In this document: positions 48,323-63,000 of the stretch, one piece after another
Layout: every line of letters begins with the position of its first letter
Position numbering within the stretch: position 1 is the stretch's first letter
Assembly (NCBI GenBank): GCA_030390025.1
Contig: CM059433.1
Coordinates: 1,116,001 to 1,180,000 of the forward strand
Source of the DNA: Squalus acanthias
Taxonomy: Eukaryota
Length of the DNA stretch: 64,000 bases
Reading direction: 5' to 3'
Translations under genes and position numbers: made by a program
The notes under the pieces: generated by a model
What the model was told of the DNA's origin: nothing
Databases searched by the model: none
What the model saw: only the letters and a program-made list of their open reading frames with translations

Positions 48323-50890
48323 AATCATAGAAGATAGGAGCAGGAGTAGGCCATTTGGCCCCTCTAGCCTGCTCCGCCATTCAATGCGATCATGGCTGAT
48401 CATGCAAATTCAGTACCCTGTCCCTGCTTTCTCCCTATATCCCTTGAACCCTTTAGCCTTAAGAAATATATCCAACTCCTTCTTGAATCTATTTAATGAA
48501 TTGGCCTCTACTGCCTTCTGTGGCAGAGAATTTCTCAGGTTCACCACTCTCTGGGTGAAGAAATTCTTCCTCATTTCTGTCCTAAATTGCTTACCCCTTA
48601 TCCTTAGACTGTGACCCCTTGTTCTGGACTCCCTGACCATCGGGAACATCCTTCCTGCATCTAGTTTGTCCTGTCCTGTCAGAATTTTATAAGTTTCAAT
48701 GAGATCCCCTCTCATTCTTCTAAACTCCAGCGAGTATAAGCCCAATCGACCCAATCTTTCTTCATACGTCATTCCTGCCATCCCAGGTATCAGCCTTGTG
48801 AATCTTCGCTGAACTCCTTCCATGGCAAGAACATCCTTCCTCAGATAAGGCGACCAAAACTGCACACTGTACTCAAGGTGTGGTCTCACCAAGGCCCTGT
48901 ACAACTGCAGCAAGACATCCTTGTTCCTGTACTCAAACCCTTTCACTATGAAGGCCAACATACCATTTGCCTTCTTAACCGCCTGCAGCACCTGCATGCT
49001 TACCTTCAGCGACTGGTGCACAAGGACACCCAGGTCTCGTTGCACTTCCCCTTCTCCCAATCTATTGCCATTCAGATAATAATCTGCCTTTCTGTTTTTG
49101 ACACCAAAGTGGATAACCTCGCATTTATCCACATTATATTGCATCTGCCACGCAACTGCCCAATCACCCAACCTGTCCAAATCATCCTGGAGTTTCTCGG
49201 CATCCTCCTCGCAGCACACATGCACACCCAGTTTTGTGTCATCTGCAAACTTGGAGATATTACATCTAGTTCCCTTGTCTAGATCATTAATATATATTGT
49301 GAATAGCTGGGGTCCAAAGACCGATCCCTGCGGTACCCCATGAGTCACTGCCTGCCACTCGGAAAAAGACCCGTTTATTGCAACTCTTTGCTTTCTGTTT
49401 GCCAACCAGTTTTCTATCCAAGTCAATACCTTGCACCCAATCCCATGTGCCTTAACTTTACACGCTAATCTCTTATGCGGGACCTTATCGAAAGCCTTTT
49501 GGAAGTCCAAATACACCAGATCCACTGGTTCTCCCTTATCTATTTTACCAGTTACATCTTCAAAAAATTCCAATAGATTAGTCAAGCATGATTTACCTTT
49601 TGTAAATCCATGTTGACTTTGTCCGATCCTGTCACTGTTTTTCAAGTGCTCAGCTATTACATCTTTTATAATGGACTCTAGCATTTTCCCCACTACCGAT
49701 GTCAGGCTTACCGGTCTGTAATTCCCCGTTTTTTCTCCTCCACCCTTTTTGAATAGTGGGGTAACATTAGCTACCCTCCAATCCATGGGTACAGTTCCAG
49801 GTTCCATTGAATGTTGGAAGATGATCAGCAATGCATCTGCTATTTCTAGGGCCACTTCCTTAAGTACCCTAGGATGTAGATTATCAGGCCCTGGGGATTT
49901 ATCGGCCTTCAATCCCTTCAATTTCCCTAACACCATTTCCCTACAAATACTGATTTCTTTCAGTTCCTCCCTTTCATCAGACCCTATGTTCCCCAACATC
50001 TCTGGGAGGTTATTTGTGTCCTCCTTTGTGAAGACAGAACCAAAATATGTATTTAATTGGTCTCACATTTCTTTTTTCCCCATTATAAGTCCCCTGATTC
50101 TGACTGCAAGGGACCTATGCTTGATTTCACTAATCTTTTTCTCTTCACATATCTATAAAAGCTTTTACAATCAGTTTTTATGTTCCCTGCAAGCTTACTC
50201 TCGTATTCTATTTTCCCCTTCTTAATTAATCCCTTTGTCCTCCTTTGTTGAATTTTAAACTGCTCCCAATCCACAGGGTTACTGCTTTTTCTGGTCAATT
50301 TATATGCCCTCTCCTTGGATCTTATGCTATCCCTAATTTCCCTTGTTAGCCATGGTTGAGTCAACCTTTTTGTTTTATTCTTATGCCAAACTGGGATGAA
50401 CAAATTCTGTAGTTCGTCCATGCGGTCTTTGAATGTTTGCCATTGCCTCTCCACCGTCAACCCTTTGAGTGACATTCCCCAATCAATCCTACCCAACTCG
50501 CACCTCATACCATCGTAGTTTCCTTTATTTAAATTCAGGACCCTAGTCTCTGAGTCAACTACTTCACTCTCCATCCTAATGAAGAATTGTATCATATTAT
50601 GATCGCTCCGGCCCAAGGGGCCTCGCACAACAAGATTGCTAATTAATCCTTTCTCATTGCATAATACCCAGTCAAAGATGGCCTGATCTCTGGTTGGTTC
50701 CTCGACATATTGGTACAGGAAACCATCCTGTAAACACGCCAGGAATTCCTCCTCCATAGTATTGTTACTAATCTGGTTAGCCCAATCTATATGTAGATTA
50801 AAGTCACCCATGATGACTGCTGTGCCCTTATTGCACGCTTCTCTAATTTCCCTTTTAATGCCATCCCCAACCTCCGCATTACTGTTTGGA
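48313..50890 (-). mobile_element. 5'-truncated CR1 LINE, same family, inverted
   Basis: Partial endonuclease (VIMGDFN...SDHN) plus RT, with a frameshift near 50085. (ATTCTATG)n tail at about 48313-48330. Confidence 0.95.
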
Positions 50891-51045
50891 GGTATATTTC
50901 TTAAAGATAAAGGTATCAAGGGATATGGGGAGAAGGCAGGTACAGGGTACTAAGTTTGGATGATCAGCTATGATCTCATTGAATGGCGGAGCAGACGCGA
51001 GGGGCCGAATGGCCTACTCCTGCTCCTATCTTCTATGTTTCTATG

Positions 51046-54000
51046 ACAATGTTAGTACTTGTGACAGTCTTAGTACTGGTGACAGTGTCAGTGCTGGTGA
51101 CAGTGTTAGTACTGGTGACAGTGTTAGTACTGGTGACCGTGTTAGTGCTGGTGACAGTGTTAGTACTGGGGACAGTGTTAGTACTGGTGAGAGTGTTAGT
51201 ACTGGTGACAGTGTCAGTACTGGTGACTGTGTTAGTGCTGGTGACAGTGTTAGTACTGGTGACAATGTTAGTACTGGGGACAGTGTTAGTACTGGTGACA
51301 GTGTTAGTACTGATGACAGTGTCAGTACTGGGGACACTGTCATTGCTGGTGACAGTGTTAATACTGGAGACAGTGTTAGTGCTGGTGAAAGTGTTAATAC
51401 TAGTGACAGTGTTAGTACTGGTGACAGTGTTACTACTGGGGACAGTTTTAGTACTGGTGACAGTGTTAGTACTGGTGACAGTGTTACTGCTGGTGACAGT
51501 GACAGTACTTGTGACAGTGTTAGTACTGGTGACAATGTTAGTACTGGTGACTTTGTTAGTACTGGTGACAGTGTTAGTACTGGTGACAGTGTTTGTACAT
51601 GTGACAGTGTTAGTACTGGGGACAGTGTTGGTACTGGTGACTTTGTTAGTACTGGTGACAGTCTTAGTACTGGTGACAGTGTTTGTACTTGTGACAGTGT
51701 TAGTGCTGGTGACAGTGTCAGTACTGGTGACAGTGTTAGTACTGGGGACAGTGTTAGTACTGGTGACAGTGTTAGTACGGGGGACAGTGTTAATACTGGG
51801 GACAGTGTCAGTGCTGGTGACAGTGTTAGTACTGGGGACAGTGTTAGTACTGGTGAAAGTGTTAGTACTGGGAACAGTGTTATTACTGGTGGCAGTGTTA
51901 GTACTGGGGACAGTGTAAGTACTTGTGACAGTGTCAGTACTGGTGACAGTGTTAGTACTAGTGACAGTGTTAGTGCTGGTGACAGTGCCAGTACTGGTGA
52001 CGGTGTTAGTACTGGTGACAGTGTTAGGACTGGTGACATTGTTAGTCCTCGTGACAGTGTCAGTACTGGTGACAGTGTTAGTACTGGGGACAGTGTTAGT
52101 ACTGGGGACAGTGTTAGTACTGGTGGCAGTGTTAGTACTGGTGACAGTGTTAGTACTGGTGGCAGTGTTAGTACTGGGAACAGTGTTAGTACTTGTGACA
52201 GTGTTTGTACTGGTGACAGTGTCAATGCTGGTGACAGTGTTACTACTGGTGAAAGTGTTAGTACTGGGGACAGTGTTAGTACTGGGGACAGTGTTAGTAC
52301 TGGGGACAGTGTTAGTACTGGTGGCAGTGTTAATACTGGGGACACTGTTAGTAATAGTGACAGTGTTAGTACTGTGACAGTGTTAGTATTGGTGACAGTG
52401 TCAGTACTGGTGACAGTGTTAGTACTGGTGACAGTGTTAGAGTTGGTGACAGTGTCAGTACTGGTGACAGTGTTAGTACTGGTGACATTGTTGGTACTCG
52501 TGACAGTGTCAGTACTGGTGACAGTGTTAGTACTGGGGACAGTTTTAGTACTGGTGACAGTGTCAGTACTGGTGACATTGTTAGTACTGGTGACAGTGTT
52601 AGTACTGGTGGCAGTGTTAGTACTGGGGACAGTGTTAGTACTGGGGACAGTGTTAGTACTTGTGACAGTGTTAGTACTGGTGACAGTGTCAATGCTGCTG
52701 ACAGTGTTAGTACTGGTGACAGTGTTTGTACTGGGGACAGTGTTAGTACTGGGGACAGTGTTAGTACTGGGGACAGTGTTATTACTGGGGACACTGTTAG
52801 TACTGGTGACAGTGTTAGTACTGGTGACAGTGTTAGTACTGGTGGCAGTGTTAGTACTGGGGACAGTGTTAGTACTTGTGACAGTGTTAGTACTGGTGAC
52901 AGTGTTAGTACTGTGACAGTGTTAGTATTGGTGACAGTGTCAGTACTGGTGACAGTGTTAGTACTGGTGACAGTGTTAGTGCTGGTGACAGTGTCAGTAC
53001 TGGTGACAGTGTTAGTACGGGGGACAGTGTTAGTACTGGTGACAGTGTTAGGACCGGTGACATTGTTGGTTCTCGTGAAAGTGTCAGTACTGGTGACAGT
53101 GTTCGTACTGGTGACAGTGTTAGTACTGGGGACAGTGTTAGTACTGGTGAAAGTGTTAGTACTGGGGACAGTGTTAGTACTGGGGACAGTGTTAGTACTG
53201 GGGACAGTGTTAGTACTGGTGGCAGTGTTAATACTGGGGACACTGTTAGTAATGGTGACAGTGTTAGTACTGTGACAGTGTTAGTATTGGTGACAGTGTC
53301 AGTACTGGTGACAGTGTTAGTACTGGTGACAGTGTTAGTGTTGGTGACAGTGTCAGTACTGGTGACAGTGTTAGTACTGGTGACAGTGTTTGTACTGGGG
53401 ACAGTGTTAGTACTGGGGACAGTGTTAGTACTGGGGACAGTGTTATTACTGGGGACACTGTTAGTACTTTTTGACAGTGTTAGTACTGGTGACAGTGTTA
53501 GTACTGGTGGCAGTGTTAGTACTGGGGACAGTGTTAGTACTTGTGACAGTGTTAGTACTGGTGACAGTGTCAATGCTGCTGACAGTGTTAGTACTGGTGA
53601 CAGTGTTTGTACTGGGGACAGTGTTAGTACTGGGGACAGTGTTAGTACTGGGGACAGTGTTAATAATGGGGACACTGTTAGTACTGGTGACAGTGTTAGT
53701 ACTGTGACAGTGTTAGTATTGGTGACAGTGTCAGTACTGGTGACAGTGTTAGTACTGGTGACAGTGTTAGTGCTGGTGACAGTGTCAGGACTGGTGCCAG
53801 TGTTAGTACGGGGGACAGTGTTAGTACTGGTGACAGTGTTAGGACCGGTGACATTGTTGGTTCTCGTGACAGTGTCAGTACTGGTGACAGTGTTAGTACT
53901 GGTGACAGTGTCAGTACTGGTGACATTGTTAGTACTGGTGAAAGTGTTAGTACTGGTGACAGTGTTAGTACTGGTGACAATGATAGTGCTGGTGACAGTG

Positions 54001-57000
54001 TTAGTACTGGTGACAGTGTTAGTACTGGTGACCATGTTAGTACTGGGGACAGTGTTAGTACTGGTGACAGTGTTAGTACTGGGGACAGTGTTAGTACTGG
54101 GGGCAGTGTTAGTACTGGGGACAGTGTTAGTACTAGTGACCGTGTTAGTACTGGTGACAGTGTCAGTGCTGGCGATAGTGTTAGTACTGGTGACAGTGTT
54201 AGTACTGGTGACAGTGTTAATACTGGTGAGAGTGTTAGGACTGGTGACAGTGTTAGTACTGGGGACAGTGTTAGTACTGGTGACAGTGTTAGTACTGTGA
54301 CAGTGTTAGTATTTGTGACAGTGTCTGTACTGGTGACAGTGTTAGTACTGGTGACAGTTTTAGTGCTGGTGACAGTGTCAGTACTTGTGACAGTGTTAGT
54401 ACAGGTGACATTGTTGGTACTCGTGACAGTGTCAGTACTGGTGACATTGTTAGTACTGGTGACAGTGTTAGTACTGGTGGCAGTGTTAGTACTGGGGACA
54501 GTGTTAGTACTGGTGGCAGTGTTAGTACTGGGGACAGTGTTAGTACTGGTGACAGTGTTAGTGCTGGTGACAGTGTCAGTACTTGTGACAGTGTTAGTAC
54601 TGGGGACAGTGTTAGTACTGGTGACAGTGTCAGTACTGGTGACATTGTTAGTACTGGTGACAGTGTTAGTACTGGTGGCAGTGTTAGTACTGGGGACAGT
54701 GTTAGTACTTGTGACAGTGTTAGTACTGGTGACAGTGTCAATGCTGGTGACAGTGTTAGTGCTGGTGACAGTGTTAGTAATGGGGACAGTGTTAATACTG
54801 GGGAGAGTGTTAGTACTGGGGACAGTGTTAGTACTGGTGGCAGTGTTAGTACGGGGGACAGTGTTAGTACTGGTGACAGTGTTAGGACCGGTGACATTGT
54901 TGGTACTCGTGACAGTGTCAGTACTGGTGATAGTGTTAGTACTGGTGACAGTGTCAGTACTGGTGACATTGTTAGTACTGGTGAAAGTGTTAGTACTGGT
55001 GACAGTGTTATTACTGGTGACAATGATAGTGCTGGTGACATTGTTAGTACTGGTGACAGTGTGAGTACGGGTGACAGTGTTAGTACTGGGGACAGTGTTA
55101 GTACTGGTGACAGTGTTAGTACTGGGGACAGTGTTAGTACTGGTGGCAGTGTTAGTACTGGGGACAGTGTTAGTACTATTGACAGTGTTAGTACTGGTGA
55201 CAGTGTCAGTGCTGGCGACAGTGTTAGTACTGGGGACAGTGTTAGTATTGGGGAGAGTGTTAATACTGGTGAGAGTGTTAGGACTGGTGACAGTGTTAGT
55301 ACTGGTGACAGTGTTAGTACTGGGGACAGTGTTAGTACTGGTGACAATGTTAGTACTGGTGACAGTGTTAGTACTGGTGACAGTGTTATTACTGGTGACA
55401 ATGTCAGTGCTGGTAACAGTGTCAGTACTGGTGACAATGTTAGTACTGGTGACAGTTTTAGTACTGGTGACAGTGTTAGTGCTGGTGACAGTGTCAGTAC
55501 TGGGGACACTGTTAGTACTGGTGACAGTGTTAGTACTGGTGACAGTGTTACTGCTGGTGACAGTGACAGAACTTGCGGCAGTGTTAGTACTGGTGACAAA
55601 GTTAGTACTGGTGAAAGTGTTAATACTGGTGACAGTGTTACTGCTGGTGACTGTGTTGTTGCTGGTGACAATGTTAGTACTGGGGACATTGTTACTGCTG
55701 GTGGCTCTGTTAGTACTGCGGACAGTGTTAGTACTTGTGACAGTGTTAATACTGGTGACAGTGTCAGTGCTGGTAACAGTGTCAGTACTGGTGACAGTGT
55801 TAGTACTGGGGCAGTGTTAGTACTGGTGACAGTGTTAGGACTGTTGACATTATTAATACTGGTGACCGTGTCAGTACTGGTGACAGTGTTAGCACAGGGG
55901 ACAGTGTTAGTGCTGGTGACAGTGTTAGTACTGGTGACAATGTCAGTACTGGTGACAGTGTTAGTACTGGGGACAGTGTTAGTGCTGGTGACAGTGTTAG
56001 TACTGGTGACAGTGTTAGTACTGGTGACAGTGTCAGTACTGGTGACAGTGTTAGTACTGGTGACAGTGTCATTGCTGGGGACAGTGTTAGTAATGGTGAC
56101 AGTGTCATTGCTGGTGACAGTATCAGTACTGGTGACAGTGTTTGTACTGGTGACAGTGTTTGTGCTGGTGACAGTGTTTGTGCTTGTTACAGTGTTAGTA
56201 CTGGTGACAGTGTTAGTACTGGTGACAGTGTTAGTACTGGGGACAGTGTTAGTACTGGTGACAGTGTTAGTACTGGTGACATTGTCAGTACTTGTGACAT
56301 TGTTAGTACTGGTGACAGTGTTAGTGCTGGGGACAGTTTTAGTACTGGGGAAAGTGTTATTACTGGTGACAGTGTTAGTACTGGGGTAAGTGTTAGTACT
56401 GGTGACAGTGTTAGTGCTGGTGGCAATGTCAGTACTGGGGACAGTGTTAGTACTGGTGACAGTGTTAGTAGTGGTGACATTGTTAGTACTGGTGACAGTG
56501 TTAGTACTGGTGACAGTGTTAGTACTGGTGACAATGTTAGTGCTGGTGACAGTGTTAGTACTGGTGACAGTGTTAGTACTGGGGATAGCGTTAGTAATGG
56601 TGACAGTGTCAGTACTGGTGACAGTGTTAGTACTGGTGACAGTGTTAGTACTGGTGACATTGTTAGTACTTGTGACATTGTTAGTACTGGTGACAGTGTT
56701 AATGCTGGGGACAGTTTTAGTACTGGTGACAGTGTTAGTACTGGGGACAGTGTTAGTACTGGTGACAGTGTTAGTACTGGGGAAAGTGTTAGTACTGGTG
56801 GTGACAGTGTTAGTACTGGTGACAGTGTTAGTGCTGGGGACAGTGTTAGTACTGGGGAAAGTGTTAGTACTGGTGACAGTGTTAGTACTGGGGAAAGTGT
56901 TAGTACTGGTGACAGTGTTAGTGCTGGTGGCAATGTCAGTACTGGGGACAGTGTTAGTACTGGTGATAGTGTTAGTAGTGGTGACATTGTTAGTACTGGT

Positions 57001-60000
57001 GACAGTGTTAGTACTGGTGACAGTTTTAGTACTCGTGACAATGTTAGTCCTGGTGACAGTGTTAGTACTGGTGACAGTGTTAGTACTGGTGACAGTGTTA
57101 GTACTGGTGACAGTGTTAGATCTGGTGACAGTGTTAGTGCTTGTGACAGTGTTAGTGCTGGTGGCAGTGTTAGTACTGGGGACAGTGTTACTGCTGGTGA
57201 CAGTGACAGTACTGGTGACAGTGTTAGTACTGGTGACAATGTTAGTCCTGGTGACAGTATTAGTACTTGTGACAGTGTTAGTACTGGTGACAGTGTTAGT
57301 ACTGGTGACAGTGTCATTGCTGGGGACAGTGTTAGTAATGGTGACAGTGTCATTGCTGGTGACAGTATCAGTACTGGTGACAGTGTCAGTACTGGGGACA
57401 GTGTTAGTGCTGGTGACAGTGTTTGTACTTGTGACACTGTTTGTACTGGTGACAGTGCTGGTGCTGATGACAGTGTTTGTACTTGTGACAGTGTTAGTAC
57501 TGGTGACAGTGTTAGTACTGGTGACACTGTTACTACTGGGGACAGTGTTAGTACTGGTGACAGTGTTAGTACTGGTGACATTGTCAGTACTTGTGACATT
57601 GTTAGTACTGGTGACAGTTTTAGTGCTGGGGACAGTTTTAGTACTTTTGAAAGTGTTAGTACTGGGGACAGTGTTAGTACTGGTGACAGTGTTAGTACTG
57701 GGGAAAGTGTTAGTACTGGTGACAGTGTTAGTATGGGGGACAGTGTTAATACTGGGGACAGTGTCATTGCTGGTGACAGTGTTAATACTGGAGACAGTGT
57801 TAGTGCTGCTGAACGTGTTAATACTGGTGACAGTGTTAGTACTGGTGACAGTGTTACTACTGGGGACAGTGTTAGTACTGGTGACAGTGTCAGTACTGGG
57901 GACACTGTCATTGCTGGTGACAGTGTTAATACTGGCGACAGTGTTAGTGCTGGTGAAAGTGTTAATACTGGTGACAGTGTTAGTACTGGTGACAGTGTTA
58001 CTACTGGGGACAGTGTTAGTACTGGTGACAGTGTTAGTACTGGTGACAGTGTTACTGCTGGTGACAGTGACAGTACTTGCGACAGTGTTAGTACTGGTGA
58101 CAAAGTTAGTACTGGTGACAGTGTTAATACTGGTGACAATGTTAGTACTGCTGACAGTGTTACTGCTGGTGACTGTGTTGTTGCTGGTGACAATGTTAGT
58201 ACTGGGGACAGTGTTACTGCTGGTGGCACTGTTAGTACTGCGGACAGTGTTAGTACTTGTGACAGTGTTAATACTGGTGACAGTGACAGTGCTGGTAACA
58301 GTGTCAGTACTGGTGACAGTGTCAGTACTGGGGCAGTGTTAGTACTGGTGACAGTGTTAGGACTGTTGACATTATTAATACTGGTGACCGTGTCAGTACT
58401 GGTGACAGTGTTAGCACAGGGGACAGTGTTAGTGCTGGTGACAGTGTTAGTACTGGTGACAATGTCAGTACTGGTGACAGTGTTAGTACTGGGGACAGTG
58501 TTAGTACTGGTGACATTGTTAGTGCTGGTGTCAGTGTTAATACTGGTTACAGTGTCATTGCTGGGGACAGTGTTAGTAATGGTGACAGTGTCATTGCTGG
58601 TGACAGTATCAGTACTGGTGACAGTGTCAGTACTGGGGACAGTGTTAGTGCTGGTGACAGAGTTTCTACTTGTGACAGTGTTTGTACTGGTGACAGTGTT
58701 TGTGCTGGTGACAGTGTTTGTACTTGTGACAGTGTTAGTACTGGTGACAGTGTTAGTACTGGGGACAGTGTTAGTACGGGGGACAGTGTTAGTACTGGGG
58801 ACAGTGTTAGTACTGGGGACAGTGTTTGGGCTGTGGACAGTGTTAGTACTGGGGACAATGTTAGTACTGGTGAGAGTGTTAGTACTGGTGACAGTGTTAG
58901 TGCTGGTGACAGTGTCAGTACTGGTGACAGTGTTAGTACGGGGGACAGTGTTAGTACTGGGGACTGTGTTAGCACTGGTGACCGTGTTAGTGCTGGTGAC
59001 AGTGTTAGTACTGGGGACAGTGTTAGTACTGGTGAGAGTGTTAGTACTGGTGACAGTGTCAGTACTGGTGACTGTGTTAGTACTGCTGACAGTGTTAGTG
59101 CTGGTGACAGTGCCAGTACTGGTGACAGTGTTAGTACGGGGGACAGTGTTAGTACTGGTGACTTTGTTAGGATTGGTGACATTGTTAGTCCTCGTGACAG
59201 TGTCAGTACTGGTGACAGTGTTAGTACTGGGGACAGTGTTAGTACTGGGGACAGTGTTAGTACTGGTGACAGTGTTAGTACTGGGGACAGTGTTAGTACT
59301 GGTGGCAGTGTTAGTACTGGGGACAGTGTTAGTACTTGTAACAGTGTTAGTACTGGGGACAGTGTTAGTACTGGTGACAGTGTTGGTACGGGGACAGTGT
59401 TAGTACTGGTGACAGTGTTAGTACTGGGGACAGTTTTAGTACTGGGGACAGTGTTAGTACTGGTAGCAGTGTTAATACTGGGGACACTGTTAGTACTGGT
59501 GACAGTGTTAGTACTGTGATAGTGTTAGTATTGGTGACAGTGTCAATACTGGTGACAGTGTTAGTACTGGTGACAGTGTTAGTGCTGGTGACAGTGTCAG
59601 TACTGGGGACAGTGTTAGTACGGGGGACAGTGTTAGTACTGGGGACAGTGTTAGTACTGGGGACAGTGTTAGTAATGGTGACAGTGTTAGTACTGGGGAA
59701 AGTGTTAGTACTGGTGACAGTGTTAGTATGGGGGACAGTGTTAATACTGGGGACAGTGTCATTGCTGGTGACAGTGTTAATACTGGAGACAGTGTTAGTG
59801 CTGCTGAACGTGTTAATACTGGTGACAGTGTTAGTACTGGTGACAGTGTTACTACTGGGGACAGTGTTAGTACTGGTGACAGTGTCAGTACTGGGGACAC
59901 TGTCATTGCTGGTGACAGTGTTAATACTGGAGACAGTGTTAGTGCTGGTGAAAGTGTTAATACTGGTGACAGTGTTAGTACTGGTGACAGTGTTACTACT

Positions 60001-63000
60001 GGGGACAGTGTTAGTACTGGTGACAGTGTTAGTACTGGTGACAGTGTTACTGCTGGTGACAGTGACAGTACTTGCGACAGTGTTAGTACTGGTGACAAAG
60101 TTAGTACTGGTGACAGCGTTAATACTGGTGACAATGTTAGTACTGCTGACAGTGTTACTGCTGGTGACTGTGTTGTTGCTGGTGACAATGTTAGTACTGG
60201 GGACAGTGTTACTGCTGGTGGCTCTGTTAGTACTGCGGACAGTGTTAGTACTTGTGACAGTGTTAATACTGGTGACAGTGACAGTGCTGGTAACAGTGTC
60301 AGTACTGGTGACAGTGTCAGTACTGGGGCAGTGTTAGTACTGGTGACAGTGTTAGGACTGTTGACATTATTAATACTGGTGACCGTGTCAGTACTGGTGA
60401 CAGTGTTAGCACAGGGGACAGTGTTAGTGCTGGTGACAGTGTTAGTACTGGTGACAATGTCAGTACTGGTGACAGTGTTAGTACTGGGGACAGTGTTAGT
60501 ACTGGTGACATTGTTAGTGCTGGTGACAGTGTTAATACTGGTGACAGTGTTAGTACTGGTGACAATGTCAGTACTGGTGACAGTGTTAGTACTGGTGACA
60601 GTGTCATTGCTGGGGACAGTGTTAGTAATGGTGACAGTGTCATTGCTGGTGACAGTATCAGTACTGGTGACAGTGTCAGTACTGGGGACAGTGTTAGTGC
60701 TGGTGACAGAGTTTCTACTTGTGACAGTGTTTGTACTGGTGACAGTGTTTGTGCTGGTGACAGTGTTTGTACTTGTGACAGTGTTAGTACTGGTGACAGT
60801 GTTAGTACAGGTGACAGTGTTAGTACTGGGGACAGTGTTAGTACTGGTGACAGTGTTAGTACTGGTGACATTGTCAGTACTTGTGACATTGCTCGTACTG
60901 GTGACAGTGTTAGTGCTGGGGACAGTTTTAGTACTGGGGAAAGTGTTATTACTGGTGACAGTGTTAGTACTGGGGAAAGTGTTAGTACTGGTGACAGTGT
61001 TAGTACTGGTGACAGTGTTAGTACTGGGGAAAGTGTTAGTACTGGTGGTGACAGTGTTAGTACTGGTGACAGAGTTAGTCCTCATGACAGTGTCAGTACT
61101 GGTGACAGTGTTAGTACTGGTGACAGTGTCAGTACTGGTGACAGTGTTAGTACGGGGGACAGTGTTAGTACTGGGGACAGTGTTAGTACTGGGGACAGTG
61201 TTTGGACTGTGGACAGTGTTAGTACTGGGGACAGTGTTAGTACTGGTGGCAGTGTTAGTACTGGGGACAATGTTAGTACTGGTGAGAGTGTTAGTACTGG
61301 TGACAGTGTTAGTGCTGGTGACAGTGTCAGTACTGGTGACAGTGTTAGTGCGGGGGACAGTGTTAGTACTGGGGACTGTGTTAGCACTGGTGACCGTGTT
61401 AGTGCTGGTGACAGTGTTAGTACTGGGGACAGTGTTAGTACTGGTGAGAGTGTTAGTACTGGTGACAGTGTCAGTACTGGTGACTGTGTTAGTACTGGTG
61501 ACAGTGTTAGTGCTGGTGACAGTGCCAGTACTGGTGACAGTGTTAGTACGGGGGACAGTGTTAGTACTGGTGACTTTGTTAGGATTGGTGACATTGTCAG
61601 TCCTCGTGACAGTGTCAGTACTGGTGACAGTGTTAGTACTGGGGACAGTGTTAGTACTGGGGACAGTGTTAGTACTGGTGACAGTGTTAGTACTGGGGAC
61701 AGTGTTAGTACTGGTGGCAGTGTTAGTACTGGGGACAGTGTTAGTACTTGTAACAGTGTTAGTACTGGGGACAGGGTTAGTACTGGTGACAGTGTTAGTA
61801 CTGGGGACAGTGTTAGTACTGGGGACAGTGTTAGTACTGGGGACAGTGTTAGTACTGGTGGCAGTGTTAATACTGGGGACACTGTTAGTACTGGTGACAG
61901 TGTTAGTACTGTGATAGTGTTAGTACTGGTGACAGTGTTAGTGCTGGTGACAGTGTCAGTACTGGGGACAGTGTTAGTACGGGGGACAGTGTTAGTACTG
62001 GGGACAGTGTTAGTACTGGGGAGAGTGTTAGTAATGGTGACAGTGTCAGTACTGGTGACAGTGTCAGTACTGGGGACAGTGTTAGTGCTGGTGACAGAGT
62101 TTCTACTTGTGACAGTGTTTGTACTGGTGATAGTGTTAGTATTGGTGACAGTGTCAATACTGGTGACAGTGTTAGTACTGGTGACAGTGTTAGTGCTGGT
62201 GACAGTGTCAGTACTGGGGACAGTGTTAGTACGGGGGACAGTGTTAGTACTGGGGACAGTGTTAGTACTGGGGACAGTGTTTGCACTGTGGACAGTGTTA
62301 GTACTGGGGACAGTGTTAGTACTGGTGGCAGTGTTAGTACTGGGGACAATGTTAGAACTGGGGACTGTGTTAGCACTGGTGACCGTGTTAGTGCTGGTGA
62401 CAGTGTTAGTACTGGGGACAGTGTTAGTACTGGTGAGAGTGTTAGTACTGGTGACAGTGTCAGTACTGGTGACTGTGTTAGTACTGGTGACAGTGTTAGT
62501 ACTGGTGACAATGATAGTACTGGGGACAGTGTTAGTACTGGTGACAGTGTTAGTACTGATGACAGTGTCATACTGGGGTCACTGTCATTGCTGGTGACAG
62601 TGTTAATGCTGGAGACAGTGTTAGTGCTGGTGAAAGTGTTAATACTAGTGACAGTGTTAGTACTGCTGACAGTGTTACTACTGGGGACAGTGTTAGTACT
62701 GGTGACAGTGTTAGTACTGGTGACAGTGTTACTGCTGGTGACATTGACAGTACTTGTGACAGTGTTAGTACTGGTGACAATGTTAGTACTGGTGACTTTG
62801 TTAGTACTGGTGACAGTGTTAGTACTGGTGACAGTGTTTGTACTTGTGACAGTGTTAGTACTGGGGACAGTGTTAGTACTGGTGACTTTGTTAGTACTGG
62901 TGACAGTCTTAGTACTGGTGACAGTGTTTGTACTTGTGACAGTGTTAGTGCTGGTGGCAGTGTTAGTACTGGGGACAGTGTTAGTGCTGGTGACAGTGTC

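Larger units (their letters stand above)
46130..51045 (+). mobile_element. 5'-truncated CR1 LINE inserted in the satellite, interrupted near 48313-50890
   Basis: The ORF stops at ...ILKNEL and resumes at 50891 with GIFLKDKGIKGYGEKAGTGY*, then the 3' UTR and a ttctatgtttctatg tail. Confidence 0.93.

Noticed and set aside
46130..50890. Single fold-back duplication or assembly artefact
   Set aside because: The two CR1 copies differ at many codons, each has its own 3' tail, and the host copy resumes in register after the insert.
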